From NCBI RefSeq assembly GCF_037042905.1, contig NC_087251.1, positions 23,684,001 to 23,748,000 of the forward strand: 64,000 bases of DNA. The letters are read 5' to 3'. Source of the DNA: Lytechinus pictus (taxonomy: Eukaryota). The notes below the pieces were generated by a model. That model was not told the origin of the DNA and ran no database searches. It was given only the letters and a program-made list of their open reading frames with translations. Position 1 is the first letter of the stretch, and each line of letters begins with the position of its first letter. Shown piece after piece: positions 1 to 9,728 of this stretch. The translations under genes were made by a program, and so were the position numbers.

Positions 1-1739
1 TTCACCGCCAAGCACGTACAAGCAGTCATTTACATTTTTTTCTCAAATAAACATAGAGCGAATGCGTATTTTCTGCTATTTTTTCTACATGACCAGCTCA
101 TCTGTCCAGCCACCAATTCATTTTATTTCATCATTTTATCATTGGTATCCATTCGTTCATCCATTCAATCCGTCCATCCTGGGGGGTTATCAGTAGGCCT
201 ATCCATCGGATGATCGGGCGGATGATACAATACACCCATACCCAGGCCCAGCTATCAATCCATCATTCATTCTCTTCACTCGATCTTCAGTCATTTCTCC
301 ATCCAAGGAGATTGCTCCATCCGTCCATAGAATATAGCTTTAGATCTGTCCATTGGTAATAAGGCTACCACCCTCTCTTCTGCCGCCCCCAACTTTCCGG
401 CTCATGGGCTCGCATGAGTGTGTGTGAGCGAGTTGATCTCCTCGAAATTGATACACAAATCATACACCATGGGGCTATAAATAGCTCCATGCTTACACAT
501 TACGTTGGTCTGTTCTCTTCTGCTTCTCCAAGTTTGCGTAGTCTTCTTCACGTACCTTGCTTCCCGGATTCCCCACGCGTTCATTGTAAATACCGTCTTA
601 GGAATGAGACCCAAATACACATTGTATCTTGCCTGTACTCATGTTATTATTTGTACTTTGTGTATATTTTTATGATTGCATGTGACTGTGCTTTTTAAAC
701 AAGCAAATAAAGAAGAATTAATAACTCTGGGTCTATAGCACAGAGTTCGGTCCTGTATATATATATCCCCAGATAAAAATCACACTTTTACTGCTGAGCA
801 ATACTGAACTTCTCATTATTAAAAATCGAGATGCAAGTTTCCTTGCAGGGCTGCAAAATTAATAGCTATTTTGTCACTGTTTTTTGTTGTTGTTGAAATC
901 TTGCCGAGTACGTCATGTCTGCCCCATCCCTCAATTTTCTCTGCTCATCATCTGCTTGTGAATTAAAATTCCAAAACGTGCATCGATACTCGCATACACG
1001 CACTATTCGGTCTATATGTGTAGACTATACTCACGTACTTTGCATGCGATGATAATGTCCTGTGACTGTGATGTGAACCGGTAGCTTGTGTGCAAAGCGT
1101 AAACAAGTCGCTAGCCGGCTGGCATCGGCGCTTTGAGCTTGCACGCACCGTTCAACGTTTGCTTTCTCAGCTACACACGTACGGGGATTTCTAGATACTG
1201 CGCATGCGCGATGACGTATTCATCAATATGCATGACGTCGTAATGAATATGCATTATTCGAACAGTGTTCTAAGATCAATTTATTTTTTAACCCGAGAGG
1301 GCGTCAATAGAAAGGTCCGAAGTATAAACGGTTAACCGATAAATATATAATACATGTTTCACCCCTCAATATCATGAAAATAGAAAAGTTATGCAAGTTT
1401 TTTTTCCGTGATAAAATCGAGCAATAATATAGGTATTTAATTAATGTAATAATTTTGAAATTGATTCATTGCCCTTTTCTGAGAACAACCAATCATACAC
1501 TATACCTTTAAGATTTAAATTTGGTATTTGAAAAGTCCGACAGATTACCTATACTTTTAAAAAAGGAATGACATCCAGAATTCAAGCGCAAAGCGCCAGT
1601 AGATTTATGTTTACGTTAGACCTAGAACAGGGACGTCGAACCTTTATAATCATGAAAAAGATGGTATTTTTATAAATAAAACATGGAAGTCTAATTTTGT
1701 TTTAGTGTTAATATTCAGATCTTCAAACTTGACATTTTC

Positions 1740-2130
1740 CTATCCCCTTCATCATTCTCTCTCTCTCTCCCTTTCCCGCCCCCTCCATTCCCTTTCTCGC
1801 TTTTCCTTTCCCTTCTTTTCTTTCCTTTCTCCCTCCCCTACTGTTTTCTCGCTCTTTCCATTTTTCTTTTCCCCTCCCTTTCCCTATTCTTTCCCCTCTT
1901 CCTTTCCTTTGTTTTCTTTCTATTTTATGGTCTCCTTTTCCCTCTCTCTCCTCTACATTTCCCCCTCCCCTTTTCCTTTCCCTTTCCCTCTCCTTTTTTG
2001 TGCAAACATTAACACGAAAATCTTTCTTCCTACACACACACACACAAACGCCCGCAATCTAACACACGTAATGCAAAACAATCGGGACATTATCATTTTG
2101 TTCATATATATATATATATATATATATGTA
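1740..2130. repeat. CT-rich low-complexity tract followed by (CA)n and (TA)n microsatellites
   Basis: Pyrimidine tract about 1740-1995, (CA)n about 2032-2046, (TA)n about 2104-2130. Explains the spurious ORFs 1705-2202 and 1723-2043. Confidence 0.9.
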
Positions 2131-2391
2131 TATTTTCATCTATTTAAAGCTTTGAAAATTAATAAACAACGATTCCATAGGCAAAATCTCAATGATCATT
2201 AGGAAGGTACTTTACCCATTTTCATTTTATGTCATTGTGATTATTCCATACTAAGGCAACATATTTTGGATATAAAAATATGTGAAGGAAATGTTCCTCT
2301 TCTGTTTTATACTTTAACAGAAAACATTTTGTTCAACCAAATTATGATTTGTATTTCCAAGTTCCATGTAGTATTTTCATTAGAAAATCTC

Positions 2392-2657
2392 TTAAAGGTC
2401 AAGTGCACCCCAGAAAAAAAAATGTTTGAATAAATAGAGAATTATGAAACAAGACTAACGCTGAAAACTTCATCAAAATCGGATGTAAAATAAGAAAGTT
2501 ATGACATATTAAAGTTTCGCTTATTTATCACAAAACAGTTACATGCACAATTCATTGATATCTAAATGAGAGAGTCAATAATGTCACTCACTATTTCTCT
2601 TTTATTGTTCGAATTATACAATATTTCAATTCTCACGACTTTGACCAAATAGGACCC
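2392..2657 (+). mobile_element. Left half of a TTAA-flanked palindromic MITE (Kolobok-type), truncated at the 3' tail of a LINE
   Basis: TTAAAGGTCAAGTGCACCCCAG...CATCAAAATCGGATGTAAAATAAGAAAGTTATGAC matches the left arm of the complete copies at 47116-47705 and 59846-60447. The match stops at ...AATAGGACC, where the LINE tail begins. Confidence 0.8.
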
Positions 2658-3475
2658 TCAAGTTCAAGTTCAAGTTCAAATTTATTCAAACCAATCAAGA
2701 ACAAGAGACATGTCACATAGTTTAACAAAAATGAGAATACATGATAGGTTTGGGACCCCATAGAAGCAGAGCTTGTGAGAGGGGCCCCTTATAAAGTACA
2801 TTACAACAATAATGAGATGAAAAAAATATTTACAATGATAATCTAAAGAGTAAAATAAGAAAATACATTCAAAACACAACACGCACACACACACACACAA
2901 CACACATGGTTTATCAAGAATCAATTTAAGATATTTTGTAATCTTTCAAATAAATATTTTCGACATGAATTTTTAAATATGGGCAGTGTTGGACTGGATC
3001 TAAAGTTTTGTGGTAACTTATTCCATTCTTTTGTACAAACTATCACAAAAGAATTCAAAGCAGTATTTGTTCTTGCAAGTGGCTGGTGGATAAGATTTTT
3101 CTGCCGTGTATTGTACAAATGGACATTTGAGTTAACAACAAATGCATCTTTTAAAAATGAACAGTTTTGAGAGGATTGTGATTTGTACATAAATATCAAG
3201 CAATTGAGGGAGACTAAATCATCAAGAGGCAAAATCTTCAATTGCAGAAATAAAGGAATACTTGGACATCTGTAATTCGAATATGTCATGAGCCTCATAA
3301 CTTTCTTCTGAAGAACTAGCAGTTTGTTTAAATGGTTCCTATATGTATTTCCCCATGCAACATTACAATAATTTAAGTGTGGCATAATAATAGCATTGTA
3401 AAGAGTTACTAAGGTCTGCTGAGGGAGAGAGAAACGTAATTTATAAATGACACCAAGTATATACATGAGATGCAA
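2658..3475 (-). mobile_element. 5'-truncated non-LTR retrotransposon (CR1/L2-group LINE): ORF2 C-terminal region, 3'UTR and tandem-repeat tail
   Basis: ORF 2921-3475 has post-RT motifs typical of CR1/L2-group ORF2 (LYNAIIMPHLNYCNVAWG, LQKKVMRLM, PLFLQLKILPL, HLYNTR, WNKLP..FK). On the minus strand the 3' end is AATAAA followed by (TTGAAC)n at about 2658-2686. Confidence 0.88.
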
Positions 3476-3539
3476 CCTGTTGATTTTTGGTACAATTTCC
3501 TATTATGCGCCGACGACTTGAATCGAGAATGTTCGATAG

Positions 3540-3638
3540 GAAAAATTCGCATTTCGATTTTTGTTTGCGTAATTTCCACCGCAGTATGAAGGATGACTAA
3601 GGACGGACTGAGCGAAGTATCCTGGTTGAGATTTGGAG
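3540..3638 (+). other. Probable first (5' leader) exon of the Kelch membrane-protein gene
   Basis: CpG-richer segment ending in a strong donor GGAG|GTAAGT at 3638/3639. The next good acceptor is TTTCAG|7220. The 5' boundary is approximate. Confidence 0.5.
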
Positions 3639-3850
3639 GTAAGTGATAAAAACACCTTTATCAATAATTTCTAATTCATTTTTAAAATGAACTAAATCAT
3701 ACGATCAAGATTAACATAGTGGAAAAATATTGAAAGATTTGGCGTTTCATAGTCCCTCACATTCGTGTGATGAATGAAAACGTCAAAATGCACTATGAAA
3801 TCACATGCGTTGTGCGAGGTTAGTATACTAACCTCGCATGTTGTGTGAGT

Positions 3851-4000
3851 GGGCACAGACTGGAACCTCAAAAAACAAAAAGTTCTCTCCTTCTACCCCC
3901 GTCTCGATCGGCCATTGTTGTTATGAATTGTAACAAAATGGCCAATCGAGACTGGGGTAGGAGAGAACTTTTCGCTTTTTTGAGGTTCCAGTTTGTGCCC
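3851..4000. mobile_element. 150-bp palindromic MITE-like hairpin
   Basis: GGGCACAGACTGGAACCTCAAAAAA...TTTTTTGAGGTTCCAGTTTGTGCCC; the arms are complementary over essentially the whole length. Confidence 0.8.
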
Positions 4001-4918
4001 AGATGTCAGGAAACTAGCACTCGTTAGACCTTTATCCATATAATCGTGGTAAGTGCATAATTTCTGTTTTCACAATTCATTTGGAGAAATATTTAGACCA
4101 TAAATCACCCTAGTCCCGCGAGTATGGTAAAATACACTGTAAGCCCCTGGGCTCCCGCCCGCTGCGCGGGCGGGAGCTCCCTGGGTTAGATATTTATCTG
4201 AATTATGGCCATGGCATGGGTGCATTACATGCCGCCGTGCACAGGAAAATCGCAGGCACGGCGCATGCAACACTTGCATGGGATTATATATTGTAAATAA
4301 AATAACATTATTCTACGAAACTTACAAGTTACAGTACAGTGATTATGATTGAATCAAATTTCTGCTAATAAAATAATAATATTCCTCGAATAGATGCGAG
4401 CGCTGATTATTCTTCTCGTTGACATGGTTGACAAACTATGGAGCTTACTCGCCGCTTCCAAATTTTTTGTCTAAACTTAAAGAGGGTGCGTGATTTACAT
4501 TCATATCAAAGATACTAGTACAAGGCCAAGGAAAGACTAGGCACTAACATTATTTTACATGTATGATGTAAATCGATGCAAAGCGTTACACGAAGTCGGC
4601 AAAGTGTCTAATCTTTTTATTGTATAGATCTGTACGTTGGTGGAACGTTTGTTGACAAACAAACATAGGCTCGCACTGCTGGCTTCATTCAAGGCACATA
4701 GAATTTTCAATTTTTTTGTTTCAATTGTCATCACTTTGAATGTTTTCCAAAAAGTGTTATCGTCAGCACTAATAATCTAAAAGTAGGTTTTTTAAGTTAT
4801 TGCATTTATTGGTGTCTATATTTTACCAAACGATCATAGGAATTGCGCATACAATGAATTTTGACATAATTATAAAATACCGACAACCTGAATTAAGGTT
4901 GTGAATTGTATTAGCGTA

Positions 4919-5280
4919 GTGGGCGTTGTGGCGGGCGCCTGTAATCCAAGCTATGTGGGGAAGTTACAAATTGATGCAGAGGTTCGTGCCCTGGTCACGT
5001 CTTTCGGATGGTGATGTTAAAGGTCGGTCCCAGACGTAAGTAATCATATGTGATTGATACATGGCTGACAAAACTCAAATAAACACACACACGCCACCAT
5101 CAAGCTTCCTTTTATTCCGTGGAAGAGACATGCGAAGCCACTCTTCAGGCCAAGGTAAGCATTGTGCTCTTTTTTATGTGCTTTATGTGTAAAAAATGAT
5201 TAAAAAATTAAAAACGGAAAGCCACTCACGGGGAAGAGCCCCGGTGAGTAGGGGAACCAGTTTCAGCAAACATTATTCTT
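4919..5280 (+). mobile_element. SINE-like element with a 7SL/SRP-RNA Alu-domain head, a B-box and a Deu/Nin-like core
   Basis: GGGCGTTGTGGCGGGCGCCTGTAATCCAAGCTA resembles the 7SL/Alu 5' end (GGGCGTGGTGGCGGGCGCCTGTAATCCCAGCTA). B-box-like GGTTCGTGCCC at 4981. GTCTTTCGGATGGTGATGTTAAAGGTCGGTCCC resembles the Deu/Nin SINE core. The 3' boundary is uncertain. Confidence 0.6.
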
Positions 5281-5576
5281 GAAGCGATGTTAACCTACTA
5301 CTCAAAAATCCATTGTGTAATCACGTTCGTAGTGCAAGGTTAGTAAAGTAAAGCAGCTGGGGTCTATTAATAAATACCACTGCTCTGTGATTATAATAAT
5401 TGATAGAAATGGGGTTGACAGGCTCACCTTGCAGTGGAAACAGGAATTCTAAGGAGAGTTTCCCAACGTCTGTTCCATCTGAATATGCAAGCCAATAAAG
5501 TCAAATCCACCGCAGCATAGTCGGTGATGTCACAATACAGATTAGGGGAGGGGTAGGGAAATAGCTCGCTACTATA

Positions 5577-5907
5577 ATAGCATACTAACCTCGCAATACA
5601 AAAACAGAATGTTATGGCCTATGGGTCTTGCACTATGCATAGTGGGCCTAATTAATAATAATTGTACATTTGCAAGTCCTATTTGTATATTCTCATTTGC
5701 GTATTACAATACTTGGTGAAATAGTTAACAAGATGTGGAAACAAAATGTATTATTAGACCTGAGTTGTATTACACTTACAGATACAGGAAAATGAGGGAA
5801 TCTTATTTCATTACTAATATTAGACTATATGCGGTATAGTCTATACTGCATCTGCTGGAAAAATACAGTTGTTCCCACTCACACATATTGCGAGGTTAGT
5901 GTGCTAT
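5577..5907. mobile_element. MITE with ATAGCATACTAACCTCGCAATA terminal inverted repeats
   Basis: ATAGCATACTAACCTCGCAATA at 5577 and TATTGCGAGGTTAGTGTGCTAT ending near 5907. The same TIR core recurs as a perfect palindrome at 3813-3838 and again at 5907-5919. Confidence 0.6.
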
Positions 5908-7411
5908 ACTAACCTCGCACACCCAACCATGTTTGGGTCGGGATTTTAATGAAGTCGGCAAACATCGCGTCATAATAGAAGTAATATTTGCTGAAACTTC
6001 TTATAGCTATAATATTTCAATTTAATTTTTAATGGCAATAGCTATACTATTTTAATTTTTTAAATCCATTTTTATATATTAAAAACACAAAAAAGGGCAA
6101 AATTGCTTACCATGGCCTGGAAAGTGGTTTTTATAGACACCAGTATGTAGAATACCTTAAAAAACGTACTTAGTTTTAGATTAATATTGCTTTTTGGAAA
6201 TCATTTGAAGCAATGACAAATTTTTTAAAAACTAGAAAAATTCTAGTTTTCTACGTGACTTGAACGAAGCCGGCGGTGTGAGCCTTTGTTCGTTTGTCAA
6301 CAAACGGTCCACCAAAGTCTATACAATGAAAAAACTGGACATTTTGCAGAACGCTTTGCATTGATTTGCGTGTAAAATAGTTTAAGTGCCTATTGTTTCC
6401 CTGTAGTGTCTTTGATATGAATATAAATCACGCGCCCTCTTAAAAGGCAAAAAATTCAGAATCCGCGAGTGACCTCTAACACCCGTCAACGAGAAGAAAA
6501 AAACTGCTTTGAAATTTCTCCAATTGACGAATGTTTGGGAAAAGTGGCTTCATATTGTTCGGTAAGTCTCGTACCACAATTTGATTTGATTAAAAAATTA
6601 TTAATCTTTGCGCAATTTCGTGCAATCCCATGGAAGTGTTGCATGCGTTGTGCCTGTGATTTTCCTGTGCACGGTGGCATGTAATGATCATATGGATGAG
6701 TTCTTCCTGCAGACAAGTTTCCAGGTCTATCTTGTTGTCTTCCTGGCTTGGATAAATTCCGAAACTGACATAGTTCGTACAGTTTCTGTAAATTACATTA
6801 CAAAAGTGACTTGGTTATTGAAAACTCTTGAAAAGGGTAGGTTTTTAGTTAGGTTTTTGATAACCACTTTCAGTTACAAGAAGCTGCTTTCATTACTAAT
6901 GCAGAATTTTACCTTTCTTTCATGGAGACCTCTATTCCATATTTATATAAAAGCCCTTTGGGAAAAACATCAAAGGAGAAAACCACAAATTCCTGCTAAT
7001 ATTAATAACTTGCACAAAAATTAGTGAGAGAGTTGATTTATTTTTTCAAAAGTCATTACTTTCTGTTCCTTTGTCTTGTTTTTTTAATTTCACAGAAAAA
7101 CTTCAGTTTTGTTCCCCCTTATTTTTCTTCTTTCAAACAACCAAGGTTTGATTCCCCTCAATGAAATGGTTTGATCTCAACTTTCTGTTGTAATTTGTAA
7201 TTTTAATTTTATATTTCAGTCAAGATGACAAGTTCTCATTATTGATCTGCAAAGCAAGGTGCTTATGGCTCATGGAAAGTCCATGTCATTTGGATTATAA
7301 TGATAGCAAGACTTGGAAGAACAAAGGGCCGTTAAGGCTTCATATTTCAAAGGATGAAGCTGATATTAATACTTTATAGAACAATGTGATAATAAAGGAA
7401 AGGAGATCACC

Positions 7412-9385
7412 ATGATTCTGATGACAAGTAAAGAACTGATCATCCAGCTTCAGATATTTCTTGCCTTTATTCTGATAATGGATGTCATCAAGCTGTCGTG
7501 TGGAGTACCTCAGTCTCCAGGTAAGCTTGTCAAAATAAGAAAAGTTAGTTTTGCTGTGTTTGTGGGGATAGAAAATTGCGTGTGTAAATCGAGATTTAGC
7601 AGGGATGAAGACAAGGCTGGTATTTCTTGAGTAAAGAAGCCGCTGGAGAAAACCTCCCAAAGAGTTTGTACACTTGATTCGGCCTGAGGCCAAGGCCTTG
7701 ACTACATCCCTGAAATGTAGTTTTTAAAGGGCAAGTTCACCCCATCAACAAGTTTATTTTTTATCCTTTACTGACTTCAATCTTTGAAACAGAATGAAAC
7801 TACCGGTAAGTCATATGAATATTCATAATATACAAGAGAAAATGTGTATATGGATTCCATAACTTGCATGCCAACAGTGTTATGCACATAGCTGTTTTGT
7901 AAAACCATTCACTGTATGTACTTTGTTTTCTGTAGAGTTAAATAAACAAAAAATGATCTTGAAGAAAAGGGATATACGAGTTACACTTATTAAATTTTTT
8001 GTGTTGAACAGAGAAATTCAGTATGCCCATTTTAAAAAGTTAAAAATTCCTCTCACTCTCTGGTTTTATTTCACCATTTTTGTTTTGTCACAGCTTGGAA
8101 GAAGATCTCCAGTAAAATCTTGCTGACAGGTAGTTATCAGGAAATACTGCTGCCTCACTCAGATGCAGCTGTTTGGCTAGATTCCACTACAGGATGGGTA
8201 TGGCTATTTGGAGGACAAACTGCACAGAATAACAAGACTTCTACTCTTGATCAGCTCTGGAAATTAGATCTTCAAACAATGAACTGGATCCTGATCCACA
8301 AGGATGGAAAGAAATGGCCTTCAAAGAGACATCAGGCAGTTTTGTGTTCGAGAGGAAGAGCCCTTGTTCTTGCTGGGGGGATACTGACATCTGGCTCCTG
8401 GAGCCCGGATGTGTGGAAGTATGACACTGACACAGGGATATGGGAGATTGAAGTTGGGTATGAACATTTGCTAAGTAATGTAACAAGATTCTGGTGCTCT
8501 GGTCAGGACCTGTATGGCTTCGTGCAGGATGAGTCTTATACCACATTGTTACAGTATCACTGGGACCATAAGAGCTGGACAAAGATTCCGACCAGAGTTG
8601 GCACAAAGAAAGCTATGTCAGAACTCGAACCAGACCTAAGGAACATTTCTATCTATCCACTGTGGCCTTCAGAAAGAGGGTTTATAATTCTTTATGCACC
8701 TGCTGATGGTAGTAAGTTCAAATTCAACTCTGATAGATTAGAGCTGATAGGCTCACAATGTATTCTTTGGTTACTTGATAAGGATATTCAATGGACACCA
8801 CTGCTCTCTGACTGCAACACCGATGGTAAATGCCTGACATCATTATCACCTCATGAAAAGACACAGATTCTACATGTTGATGTGCCACCATGCCGTACAC
8901 ATGCTGGTACATGGATTGACAGTGATGGTAATGTATGGATGCATGGCGGTAGGTCTGACACAGAACTACTGCGAGACACATGGATGTATGACCTAAAATC
9001 CAAATCATGGACACAGCTTAAAAGTCCTTGCCTCACAGGAACATGTCAGGAACCTGATGTTTACATAGATCCTATTACTTGGACTTATAATGACACACTC
9101 TTTCTCTTTGATGGTCAACATGTCCAGACATCCTCAAACACGACATCTCTTGCAGGTATCTGGACATTGAACATATCAAACTTTCTGCAACATTCCATGC
9201 TAGCTGTGCCTCCTATTGGTGTATTTCTTATCTCTTTGAGCGTTACCTTCATTGTCTCGTTGGGAACTTGCGTGATCATAATCCTTGTGAAGTGTTCGTC
9301 AACAACAGCTCCAAGGATCAGGCCACCTGTAAGGACTTATGGCAAAGTGCAGTATTCACCTGTCAGCTCTACTGATGGGCCGTAA
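7412..9385 (+). CDS. Type-I transmembrane Kelch-repeat (beta-propeller) protein, about 466 aa, 2 coding exons (7412-7520, 8094-9385)
   Basis: Exon 7412-7520 encodes a signal peptide (MILMTSKELIIQLQIFLAFILIMDVIKLSCG) and ends CCAG|GTAAGC in phase 1. Acceptor CACAG|8094 is in frame with the 421-aa ORF. Kelch motifs: VWLFGG..LWKLD..W, LVLAGG..VWKYD..W, VWMHGG..TWMYD..W, LFLFDG..IWTLN. Six N-glycosylation sequons, a C-terminal TM helix (IGVFLISLSVTFIVSLGTCVIIILV) and a short tail containing YSPV. Confidence 0.85.
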
Positions 9386-9697
9386 AGAAAGAATTATCCT
9401 TGAATTATGATCTTTTGTTGATATGTAAATGAATATGAAATAATGCCTGTGATCATAGCATTCCAACAACTGTTCAATTGAAATTCTCTTTTTTTTCCCT
9501 AAAAAAGTTGAGTTTCTTCATCTGACAGAATGGTTAGGCAGCAAGCATCTCTAGTCTTTCAACAGAAATCAGAATTGAAAATTCATGGATGTGACTTTGA
9601 TTTTGTAACAAATATTCATTGCTCTCAGAAGGAGAAAAATGAAACATTCCACACGAATAATCATTGAACATTACTGTCTATAAAGGATTTGTGTCCA

Positions 9698-9728
<31 letters not shown>

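Larger units (their letters stand above)
4223..6686. mobile_element. Large foldback element: diverged inverted arms of about 600 bp (4223-4830 and 6125-6686) around nested inserts
   Basis: CATTACATGCCGCCGTGCACAGGAAAATCGCAGGCAC (4223) is the reverse complement of GTGCCTGTGATTTTCCTGTGCACGGTGGCATGTAATG (to 6686). AAGAGGGTGCGTGATTTACATTCATATCAAAGATACT pairs with AGTGTCTTTGATATGAATATAAATCACGCGCCCTCTT. Confidence 0.8.

Noticed and set aside
340-760. Possible LTR or retroelement 3' end (AATAAA at about 706) and the ORFs at 402-698
   Set aside because: No second LTR, PBS/PPT or recognisable protein motifs within the window.
1705-2202. 165-aa and 106-aa ORFs on opposite strands
   Set aside because: Translations of a CT/GA-rich low-complexity tract and microsatellites.
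4919-4963. Human Alu contamination or a full 7SL gene
   Set aside because: Similarity stops after about 45 nt, there is no Alu body or A tail and no recognisable SRP S-domain, and it is embedded in native repeat sequence.
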